55,911 nt of DNA from Chloroflexota bacterium (GCA_046726655.1 JBKPAZ010000029.1:1-55911); one strand, 5' to 3'. Positions 8,910 to 17,626 are shown, numbered from the stretch's first letter. Made by a program: numbers and translations. Notes: generated by a model not told the origin, from the letters alone.

Positions 8910-10616
8910 TCAGACCTCCACCTTCATCATCTCTTTGCCCGCATATGGAGGATGCAAGCGTTGGACCGTAAAATCATCTGAAAGATCACGGAAAATTCCC
9001 ATCTGTCGCAGGCGACGCAGCATGGCACGCAGGTTTTCACGCGCTGCAGCAATATATTCCGCGCCTTCAAATAGTGATGGTGGTCTGTCAATCAGTATGC
9101 CAAAACGCTTCTCCAAGAATTGCAAGAAATCCTGTAAGCGAATTGGTTGCAATTCTTGACCGGTCTGCTCTTGATTGGTCGGCGCAGAAAGTCGTACCGC
9201 TGCTAACTGTACAAACACCGCTAGCAGGTCATTCGTCGGCGCATAGCGCCAGGACTTACGACTGAGCGTAGTACCACGTAGCACTCCTTGCGTTTTCTTG
9301 ATCCCTCCTACACCCGAATACCACTGAATAAAATTCTTAACAGCACCTTCGCGCTGAGCCTCTATCAGGAGGCTTACTACCCGCTCCACATCATCCTCAG
9401 TTGTTCCAACGATTTCATCTAACCAACTAAGAGCCTCCGGGTCATCCTCCTCGCCTTCATTAGTGTTCATTCTGCGAATTTCATCTTCATCATTACGAGC
9501 AGAGGCGGCAATATCTCTACCGAGGATGGGATCATTACGTAACTGGAGCAAGCCCTGCAAATATTCTGCCCCTGAAATATCCGGTCGCAATACGTTCTCA
9601 ACGATGGGTTTGTAGCGCGCGTTGCGTTTTAGTTTCTCCATATAACTGTCTAGCTGACGGAGAAGCAAGTTAGATGACAAGAATTGTTGATAGGTTTCAA
9701 TGTCACGCCGCACACAGGCTTTTGCCATCTCCTGACTATATCCGGCTGAGGATTCTGTAAAATCCAGGTAGAGTTGCGGAGGAGAGATCTTTGTGCTATC
9801 GCACATTGCGATAGGCAAATTATTAGGGTACCGTACCAGTTCATTCACGGCATTGACGAGTTTAAGTGTGTAATTGAACAGCTCAAAATTAATGAGAACA
9901 AGCAAATGATGAGTAAACGCCTGTGTCGGCATCGTCGTATAGTATTCAAAAAGATAACGCAAGAGATCAATCGCAAGCTCTTTAGCAAGCGCGGGGCAGG
10001 GACTAGAAACGTTCTTTTCTCTATTGATCCCCGGCCTGGTATTTTGAAATCCATCTAAAAAAGCAATAGAAAGACGCGTGAGCGTATCTAATCTGGCTTC
10101 TCCATCATATGTACCACCTAAATCAGGAATGCTGCCAATTATCACTCCACGTCCAAAAACCCTTTTCACAAAACTTCGTAACGCATCGTCTGCCCCCAGA
10201 TACTCGCGCAACGCCTGATAAATAAATGTATCAGCGCTCCTTTGACGGCTCCCCTGAGCAGGGAAGCCTGGTTTGTGTGCAAGAATCGTATAAGGAACAA
10301 TAGATGTGATTTGCTCATTAACATGAGAACGACCTACACTACCTGTCGTAATCAGTGTTGTTCGCACAAGGCGTTCTATTACTTTTCGACCTTCAGCATC
10401 ATTAAATCCCTCAAGATCTGAATGGTTAGATAAGGCATCAACGAATTTGGCAATAGTTTTAGGGTCATTCGTCTGCCTCGCTTTTCCCCTCCCTTGAGAT
10501 AAAATGGTGAAGAAAAGAGAAGGGAGGAATAGGTCAATATCAAAATCATTCATATTTATTGTAGAGATACGTGGAAATTTTACCCCAACGATATCCTTTG
10601 GTAGCTTGATCTTCAT
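8910..10616 (-). CDS. Middle subunit of the three-gene operon, with no recognisable catalytic motif; DptG-like by position only
   Basis: 568 aa ORF. ATG lies 15 nt after the stop of the upstream gene, with AGGAAGGA as SD. Stop lies 3 nt before the next ATG. Confidence 0.4.
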   Translation of the reverse strand: MKIKLPKDIVGVKFPRISTINMNDFDIDLFLPSLFFTILSQGRGKARQTNDPKTIAKFVDALSNHSDLEGFNDAEGRKVIERLVRTTLITTGSVGRSHVNEQITSIVPYTILAHKPGFPAQGSRQRSADTFIYQALREYLGADDALRSFVKRVFGRGVIIGSIPDLGGTYDGEARLDTLTRLSIAFLDGFQNTRPGINREKNVSSPCPALAKELAIDLLRYLFEYYTTMPTQAFTHHLLVLINFELFNYTLKLVNAVNELVRYPNNLPIAMCDSTKISPPQLYLDFTESSAGYSQEMAKACVRRDIETYQQFLSSNLLLRQLDSYMEKLKRNARYKPIVENVLRPDISGAEYLQGLLQLRNDPILGRDIAASARNDEDEIRRMNTNEGEEDDPEALSWLDEIVGTTEDDVERVVSLLIEAQREGAVKNFIQWYSGVGGIKKTQGVLRGTTLSRKSWRYAPTNDLLAVFVQLAAVRLSAPTNQEQTGQELQPIRLQDFLQFLEKRFGILIDRPPSLFEGAEYIAAARENLRAMLRRLRQMGIFRDLSDDFTVQRLHPPYAGKEMMKVEV

Positions 10617-10631
10617 ATGATTTCCTTCCTG

Positions 10632-13600
10632 CTATTGCACCCTCACTCGCACAATTTTATTATCACGTTGGGTAACAAGATGAACGCGGCGCTGATTTTC
10701 AATTAAAACCAGGTCACGAGTTTCACGTAGCAGTAGAACATCTTTGAAGAGTTTCAGGTCTTCAAGTAGTGGTTTAAATTCTGGTGCTGTAGGTTGCAAT
10801 CCATCGGCCATTCGCATAAGTAGCTCGAACAGGTCAATGGTAATCTCAAGGCGTGGTAGACCAGAATAATGCTTTAATACGACCATCTCAGGCAGCCTCT
10901 CGACCATAGAAATACCCTGTGGATGCTCTACCAGGAACTCAAATTCCTCCAGGGGAAGTTGTTTGAGGACAACCAACTGCTGATCAATTGAGGCGCTGAC
11001 CTTCACACTGAGTTTTCCTTGGGGCACATCTTCTATGACACCATCCGAACGCAGAATGCCGAGGATTACTACTTCGCGGAGTTTTCGCACCTCCACATCA
11101 TCAAGACGTCCATCAAGCAGCATCATGAAGAGTTTAGAGTATTCGTATGGGAGCAATGCCAACCAGCGCACTTTCGGTATAACAGAACCATCCTGAGCAG
11201 CCACAACAGGTTTACCAGCATCAAAGTACAAACGCCGTTTGAATGCTGCCATCCACGTAGGTTCGTTCTCAAAGCGTTGAAAGGGGAGATCTTTTTTATC
11301 GGCAAAGAGAAGGCTGCGCTGTTCAGCATCCCTCGCAGTTTGATGAAAATGCAGGAAGCGATCAAGGTGCGGATGCGGGAAACGCGCGGGGTCGAACGGC
11401 ATTAGATCAGCCAGCAATTCATCATGTTGTTCAATCGGAGCAAATGCAGATTGCCAGTAAGCAAAATTTATGAGCGATGCGCCTGCTTCTGCTCCATGTC
11501 GCGCAGCATGCACTTGTTCACAGCTCCAGTTACCAGTAATCAGATAAGCAAGAGCCGAACGTAGATCACGCATGGTAGTATGCCGCTGTCGTCGTAGATG
11601 CGAGAGCAAGAAGAGAAACTCAAGGCGTTGTATGACTCTTGGTTTTCGTAGTTCGAGAGCGTTATTTCTCAAGGGACAGACCACCTGGGCCGCGCAATCC
11701 TCACAAATCTTCCATTTGTCGGCTGCGACCAGACTTTGCAACACTTGCCGGAAAACAGAATCTCCCTCCGCATCCGGTAAACTTACAAAGGCCCGCTTTT
11801 TCAGGTCTATGACCCATACGTCTAGCTCTTCTACATCACTGGCATCTCTTGCTTTCTCTAGCTGCACTGATAGCCAGGGGAAACGATCTTGATGACGTAT
11901 AAAATAGTCAGCGAGACGCCCATCGTTGATAGCGATCAGTACGGTCAAATTGACAGCAGGTTCATTGCTCCCTTCCAACCCCTGCAGTTTCCCGGTGAGT
12001 TGTTGGTCCGCACTTAGACTTTGATGTGATTCTGATGCATCGTAGCAACTGCGATAGTGGTGTCCATCCCATTCCCATTCCCATCCACTCGAATCTTGTT
12101 GAATAACCGTTGCCTGTTGTTCCAGCAACTTTTGCTGCACCTTTTCCAGGAAGGCCGTTTTTCCATCCCCTGGGTTTCCACAGAGGAATACCACTTTTGG
12201 CCTCAGATCAAAAATGGCAGGTAATAACTGCTCATCCAGCGCGGTAAGTACATAGGTTTCCCGCACAAATTCTGAATCCAATCCCCGGTTGTTCTTATTA
12301 CCTATTTCACTATTGCGATAGAGACTACGTACATCATTCACCCAGGAGTTGGTATACTCTCGCAAAGCTTCTGTCTGTAGTGGTTCTTCGACAGCCAGAA
12401 GAGCCGTTTGGAGTTCTTGCCGCATTTGAGCAACAGTAGCTGGACGCTCAGTTGGATTATTTGAGACCGCTCTTAACAATACTGCCGCTATTCTACGCAT
12501 CTTTACATCTATAAACTGCTCCAGCGGGATAAGGCTCCGTTGAACGCCTTCTGTAATACTAAAGGGCATATAGCCAAAAAGCGATTTAAATAAAACTACG
12601 CCAATTGCATAACGATCACACGTCAAAGGAAAAGCAGAAGAAGGAGAAGCCGAAAAGGTCTCCGGGGGGAGATACAGCGGAGTCCCAGCAGCCTGGCCTG
12701 GAGTGCCCTGCCGAATAGCAAAGCCAAAATCGATTAGTACCGGACGATTGTCAGCCTCACGGAGAATAATATTTGCCGGTTTAATATCCCGGTGAAGCAG
12801 TTGTTTTTCTTCGAGTGCTTCTACCGCATTCAATAAACCCTGTGCCAATGACCACCAGCGTTCTAACGGCCAGGGAAACTCCATCTCAATCTGTTGCAAT
12901 GTCGGACCAGCAATATACTCCATTTTGACATGCACATCATTTTGTGGCGGATAAATATCAAAAATACGCGGCAGATATCTGCTACTGATGTTTCTCATAG
13001 CGTTAAACTCAGCGGCAGCCTGCTGCAACACCTCTGAAGGACTGATGTACTGTTTCAGAGCAAATAAGCCGAGTGACTCAAAGTCATTATCACTCGCAAG
13101 ATAGGTGTATGCTGTTGTTCCACGTCCAAGCAAACGATGTACTCTGTAACGCTTATCAAGCAATCTTCCCTCGACCGTGTCGGCTTGTATTTCTATGCGC
13201 AGACGACGAGCAAGATCATTAAGGCGTGTAGAAATTTCTTTTGCTGAAGGAGGCGTTGTTCCCTTTGCAGGAGTGACGACCTGTCTGAAAAGCGCGCCGA
13301 GTTCGTTCGCCAGTTCGGCAGAGAGAAACGAAGTCCAACGTGGTTGTTGGGGAAAGATTACATCACTTTCCACATTGGCACGAATATTGGAGAGCGAAAC
13401 ACCTGATAGACGTTCCAAAAAGACCAAGGCCAGGCTATATGTATCTGTTTCGGCAGTGGCATAGCCATAGCCAATAGCAAGCTCTAAAGCAGCATACGGG
13501 TCTTCGATAGAAAGAGTATCGAGTGATGGAGCAATAGAGTTTGTGCCAACACGAGCGGCGTAAAAATTTGTAAAGACAACTTTGGGTGGTTGAATACTCT

Positions 13601-13949
13601 GAACATAAATCGTGTCTGGCCCAATAGCTCGGTGCAAAACGTTATGAGTATGGATTTGATCTAGAGCCTTAAAACAAGCAGCGGTCAATAATAGTTCTTG
13701 TACAAATTCCTCGCGCGTCTCTGGCTGGGGATAGATACTCAATGGTTTTCCGGATGGAGGCATAATCGGCAAGACGAGAAAATCATCAGACCACCTGAAA
13801 GGAATATTGACCAGAGGTACAAAACCAGTTGAAAATAATTTTTGCAAGGCCATACATTCATGCATATAAAAATCATAAAGCTTCTGTGAGTCAAGCGGGT
13901 CTTTCGTTAGATCATATACCATCAATTGGAGCGTCTTGTCCGGGCCCAA
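10632..13949 (-). CDS. Tandem pseudokinase plus Hanks-type Ser/Thr kinase fused to a C-terminal P-loop NTPase (DptF/DndF-like module)
   Basis: 1105 aa. Kinase: LGRGTTAYTY (G-loop, about aa 274), FALKQY, LLHRDIKPANIIL (D388), LIDFGFA, GTPLYLPPE. N-terminal degenerate copy: LHRAIGPDTIYV, TNFYAARV. C-terminal half: Walker A FLCGNPGDGKTAF (K597) and C749-x2-C752-x5-C758. The annotated start is TTG; see the upstream ORF at 13922-14032. Confidence 0.7.
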   Translation of the reverse strand: MGPDKTLQLMVYDLTKDPLDSQKLYDFYMHECMALQKLFSTGFVPLVNIPFRWSDDFLVLPIMPPSGKPLSIYPQPETREEFVQELLLTAACFKALDQIHTHNVLHRAIGPDTIYVQSIQPPKVVFTNFYAARVGTNSIAPSLDTLSIEDPYAALELAIGYGYATAETDTYSLALVFLERLSGVSLSNIRANVESDVIFPQQPRWTSFLSAELANELGALFRQVVTPAKGTTPPSAKEISTRLNDLARRLRIEIQADTVEGRLLDKRYRVHRLLGRGTTAYTYLASDNDFESLGLFALKQYISPSEVLQQAAAEFNAMRNISSRYLPRIFDIYPPQNDVHVKMEYIAGPTLQQIEMEFPWPLERWWSLAQGLLNAVEALEEKQLLHRDIKPANIILREADNRPVLIDFGFAIRQGTPGQAAGTPLYLPPETFSASPSSAFPLTCDRYAIGVVLFKSLFGYMPFSITEGVQRSLIPLEQFIDVKMRRIAAVLLRAVSNNPTERPATVAQMRQELQTALLAVEEPLQTEALREYTNSWVNDVRSLYRNSEIGNKNNRGLDSEFVRETYVLTALDEQLLPAIFDLRPKVVFLCGNPGDGKTAFLEKVQQKLLEQQATVIQQDSSGWEWEWDGHHYRSCYDASESHQSLSADQQLTGKLQGLEGSNEPAVNLTVLIAINDGRLADYFIRHQDRFPWLSVQLEKARDASDVEELDVWVIDLKKRAFVSLPDAEGDSVFRQVLQSLVAADKWKICEDCAAQVVCPLRNNALELRKPRVIQRLEFLFLLSHLRRQRHTTMRDLRSALAYLITGNWSCEQVHAARHGAEAGASLINFAYWQSAFAPIEQHDELLADLMPFDPARFPHPHLDRFLHFHQTARDAEQRSLLFADKKDLPFQRFENEPTWMAAFKRRLYFDAGKPVVAAQDGSVIPKVRWLALLPYEYSKLFMMLLDGRLDDVEVRKLREVVILGILRSDGVIEDVPQGKLSVKVSASIDQQLVVLKQLPLEEFEFLVEHPQGISMVERLPEMVVLKHYSGLPRLEITIDLFELLMRMADGLQPTAPEFKPLLEDLKLFKDVLLLRETRDLVLIENQRRVHLVTQRDNKIVRVRVQ

Positions 13950-14032
13950 CTTGCGGGCAGTTGTTGTAGAGCTTTTGCAGCTCTGCGCTCTCCTTCAGTT
14001 GCAAATGGCCCCGCGCTAACCAACTGAGCCAT
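13922..14032 (-). CDS. 36-codon ORF with strong SD overlapping the kinase gene start in another frame (leader peptide, or true N-terminus separated by a frameshift)
   Basis: GAAGGAGAG-N5-ATG at 14032. Translation by hand: MAQLVSAGPFATEGERRAAKALQQLPASWARTRRSN*. The kinase ORF is in the -1 frame relative to it and is open from codon 13 of this ORF. Confidence 0.3.
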   Translation of the reverse strand: MAQLVSAGPFATEGERRAAKALQQLPASWARTRRSN

Positions 14033-15039
14033 GGAATCTCTCCTTCTCGACAGAGGCTAAATATGTACAGAAATCCTGGCATATGTCTTATAGTTCGCTC
14101 ATTTTCTAGAGCATCAAATGAATTTTTATAAAAAATTCAGCTATACAACGAGCAGAACTATATCATATTCAGCACTTTCATTCAAGCGTAAAGAGGATAG
14201 TGGGATAGTTGCCATATGTCCAATTCTATGAGTTGGATTTAGCATATCTCGTTGTACTGGATGCCCAAAAACATCTGAATCCTTTGAGAGGAAACTGTTG
14301 GAGATCTACTGAAGAGCTAATATGATTCCAAATATTTTATTGTTTTAGGATTGTCGGCTATCAGTGCGGTTAAACCCTCCTCGTTTCGGTATGAAAACGG
14401 TCTATTTTCTGCAAAACAATAGACTCACTAATCTTCAGGACCATCGGATAAGTGACAAAAGATGTATACTTTTCAGAGAGGCCACACCATTACGAAAGCC
14501 GTAGAGGAAGAAATAACCGATGCGACTCGAAAGCTTCATACAACAGCATGCCCACAGAGATGCACAGGCCCTCTTTGCCGAGCATCAACAAGACCAATCC
14601 GTCCGAGAAGAGCCAGAACGTATACGCAGCCTCGCAAAATTCGAGGCCAACCAGTTCTACCAGCACGGATTTGTCCTTCTATTCCTGAAAGCCTCGCTTC
14701 TGGGCAATGAGCAGGAAGTTACAAACCTTTACACACAAACCTTTATCAAGACATACACAGGCCTCAAGAATGAAGAATACATATCCCAACCCTGATTAAG
14801 ATAGCTCGACTTGTGACATCACTTTAGAAAACAGATGTAACATACAAAAAACATTGTGTACACAAGCAACCAATGCTTGTGCTTAAAAATACCGTGCACG
14901 ATGAGCGGTATGTGAGCGGTATTTTCGATAATGAAGAGAAAAATGAAGAGCAATACCGTTGAGATAATGAGTCGAATGTTCTTGTTGTGGTTATCTTCAT
15001 CGATCAGAATCGGTTCTATCATGAGAAGCAGATCACTGA

Positions 15040-16248
15040 TTACTTTGAGGAACCTCTACGCGAGAGATTCTCGACCATCCAGCGAGCTACCGTGGCATTG
15101 ATCTCCCCAGGCACAGGTTGCGGTCCGTGTGGGAGACCCCTGTGATGAGCGGCCAGGTATGCGAGCGATTGAGCCTGTAAAGCGAAACCTAGATCCATCG
15201 TCTCTATTGGATTGCCTCCGCCACCTGCGAGGTTAAGCATCTCACCCTGGGCGAGCAGCGTAATACGCCTTCCATCTTCAAGTGTGAAAAGTTCGACCCA
15301 CTCACGGAAGCGTTCAACGGTAACCGCCCTCCGTCTTAGTTCAGCGAGGTCAATCTCCCATGAAAAATGACCTGCATTCGCAAGAATGGCCCCATCGGGC
15401 AAGCGGTTAAAGGACTCAGCGGGAATGGCTCCTGGTCTTCCTGTCGCAGTGAAGAATACTTCGCCAATGCCTATCGCTTCCTCAAGTGTTGTGACACTCA
15501 TCCCATCCAGTACCGCCTCAAGCGCCCGGATTGGGTCTAATTCAACGACCGTCACCTGACCACCTAACCTGCGCAGACAGCGTGCAATACCGCGCCCAAC
15601 TGAGCCGTAGCCAAAGACCACGAACCGCTTGGATTGTACTAACAAGTTCGTCTCACGCATAAAGCCCTCGACGATCGTTGGTCCAACCCCATGCTCATTC
15701 TCCATAATGAGCTTGAGCGGACTATCATTGATCACGATAATAGGGAATGATAGTGCGCTGCGCAGTTCTCCCCGCAAGCGGTTGGCACCGGTCGTTGTCT
15801 CCTCGGTACCGGCGATGACATGGCCTCGACCTGGATGAGTAAGATAGGTCGCGACGAGGTCAGCTCCGTTATCCAGGAAGAGATGTGGATCATACGACAA
15901 TACCTGACCTATATTCTCTTGATGTCTGGTGCTATCGTCCTCCTGTTGTCCAAAGACAATGACCCCGGTATGCTTTAGAGCGGCTGCAACATCGTTCTTC
16001 GTCGTACCTGGACTGCCGGTAATGACAACTTTAGCCCCTCCTGCTTGCAGGACAGAACAAAGCACTGCCGTCTTAGGTTCGACATGTAAGCACATGCCAA
16101 TTGTAAGCCCGGCGAAAGGCTTCGTCTCGCTAAACTGTTCCCGCAGCCTCTGAAGGAGTCGCTGATGGAGTTCGGCCCAGCGAATCTTCTGAAAGCCTTG
16201 CGCCACTAGATGATGATCAGGAATGCCCTGATCTTGTTTATCGATCAT
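15040..16248 (-). CDS. ahcY: Adenosylhomocysteinase (short, about 400-aa type)
   Basis: 402 aa. NAD-binding VVFGYGSVGRGIARCLRRLGGQVTVVELDPIRALEAVLDGM and GHFSWEIDL, matching SAH hydrolase family patterns. Confidence 0.7.
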   Translation of the reverse strand: MIDKQDQGIPDHHLVAQGFQKIRWAELHQRLLQRLREQFSETKPFAGLTIGMCLHVEPKTAVLCSVLQAGGAKVVITGSPGTTKNDVAAALKHTGVIVFGQQEDDSTRHQENIGQVLSYDPHLFLDNGADLVATYLTHPGRGHVIAGTEETTTGANRLRGELRSALSFPIIVINDSPLKLIMENEHGVGPTIVEGFMRETNLLVQSKRFVVFGYGSVGRGIARCLRRLGGQVTVVELDPIRALEAVLDGMSVTTLEEAIGIGEVFFTATGRPGAIPAESFNRLPDGAILANAGHFSWEIDLAELRRRAVTVERFREWVELFTLEDGRRITLLAQGEMLNLAGGGGNPIETMDLGFALQAQSLAYLAAHHRGLPHGPQPVPGEINATVARWMVENLSRRGSSK

Positions 16249-16591
16249 GAGTTAAGCCTTTCGCTTTAGCTGGAACAGGTAATACCAGTAATTGTGAGCA
16301 GCTACCGGGCCGTCATCAAGGCAAGCCGATGTATGACTCTACCACGCTTCGTTTTTTACCGTCAAGTCGAAATATGGAGCAGCAGAGTATTCATTGCGGC
16401 AACAACAAAACTTGTCTATAATTTCTCTAGCACTATACAGGCATGTTGGAAGCCGCGAGTTCTTGGTAGTTTAGGATAGCAACTGTAGGTGCGATGCAAG
16501 AAATATTCATACAAGCTGGTTTCAACTTGCAGCAATAGTCTTGCATTCCATTTATAACCCGATCGTACAAGATTGTGAAAGGCAGAATCCT

Positions 16592-17626
16592 ATGTTTCCA
16601 TGGTCTATCGACACACATGGCCGTTTCGAAGAGATGACGTTTGATAGCACAGTGCTTAGACACAACCCCTTGGGAGATCCACACAGGCGACCATTGTGGG
16701 TATACTTACCGCCTGGCTATGATGATGAACCTACCCGACGCTATCCGACCGTTTATCAGATACAAGGCCTCACAGGCCAACTCGACATGTGGCGCAATCG
16801 CTCGTCGTTTAGGAAAACCTATCCCGAGCTAGCTGACGAGCTGTTCGCCAAAGGCGAAGCTCCGCCTTGCATTATCGTTTGGGTGGACTGCTGGACATCG
16901 CTTGGTGGAAGCCAGTTTCTGGACTCTCCCGCCACTGGTCGTTACCACACCTACTTGTGTAATGAGATCGTGCCCTGGATCGATGCACAGTACCGGACAC
17001 TCCCGCAACGCGAGCACCGTGGCATCGCGGGCAAATCGAGCGGTGGTTACGGAGCCATGATCACGCCCATGCTCCGACCAGATCTGTGGGGTGGCTTTGC
17101 CACTCACGCCGGTGATGCATTGTTCGAGATGAGCTATCTCCCTAACTTTCCGAAGTCCATACGAGCCCTCCGAGATGACTATCATGGCTCGTTCGAAACG
17201 TTCTGGGAAGACTTTCGAAGCAGACCAGCCTTTTCTAAACAGAGCGACGGCTACCTGTTGAATGACTGGTGCATGGCCGCCTGCTACTCGGCTGATGAAG
17301 ACGGCACCGTCCATCTCCCGTATGACCTTGCAACCGGAGAACTCAATGCCGGTGTCTGGGCAAGATGGTTAGCCTGGGATCCCGTGCGTATGGTGCCAGC
17401 TCATGCAGAGACGCTGAAGAACATGCGAGCGATTTATATCGATGCCGGCAAGCAGGATGATTTTTTCCTCGACCTTGGTGCAGAAGCATTTCGGCAAGCG
17501 CTTGAACGCATTGGCGTTATCGATGTATTCTTCGAATTGTTCGATGCGACCCACTTTGAAATTGAGTACCGCTATCCCTTGAGCTTAAAGTATCTCGCTG
17601 AGCGACTCTCCCCTGGAATCGTTTGA
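16592..17626 (+). CDS. Alpha/beta hydrolase, putative esterase family
   Basis: Start moved to the ATG after GAAAGG. YPTVYQIQGLTG and nucleophile elbow GIAGKSSGGYGA. Confidence 0.6.
   Translation: MFPWSIDTHGRFEEMTFDSTVLRHNPLGDPHRRPLWVYLPPGYDDEPTRRYPTVYQIQGLTGQLDMWRNRSSFRKTYPELADELFAKGEAPPCIIVWVDCWTSLGGSQFLDSPATGRYHTYLCNEIVPWIDAQYRTLPQREHRGIAGKSSGGYGAMITPMLRPDLWGGFATHAGDALFEMSYLPNFPKSIRALRDDYHGSFETFWEDFRSRPAFSKQSDGYLLNDWCMAACYSADEDGTVHLPYDLATGELNAGVWARWLAWDPVRMVPAHAETLKNMRAIYIDAGKQDDFFLDLGAEAFRQALERIGVIDVFFELFDATHFEIEYRYPLSLKYLAERLSPGIV

Noticed and set aside
3870-13949. Alternative reading of the kinase-containing operon as a BREX type 2/Pgl system with a PglW-like kinase.
   Set aside because: No PglX-type methyltransferase and no PglZ alkaline-phosphatase-like gene is present. 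The HerA/FtsK ATPase plus PD-(D/E)xK giant protein does not fit Pgl/BREX components.
14452-15022. Cluster of short ORFs: 78, 82 and 91 aa on the plus strand in three frames, and a 67-aa hydrophobic ORF on the minus strand.
   Set aside because: They overlap one another in different frames, lack convincing SDs and match no family I recognise. I treat them as probable non-coding island-edge DNA. The 14520-14795 ORF is the only marginal candidate.
16249-16400. Possible SAH riboswitch in the ahcY leader. A TTGACG-18-TAGAGT promoter-like pair lies at 16336-16365 on the minus strand.
   Set aside because: The roughly 85-nt leader does not show the conserved SAH-element core that I can recall. The promoter-like hexamers alone are weak evidence, so neither is reported as a feature.
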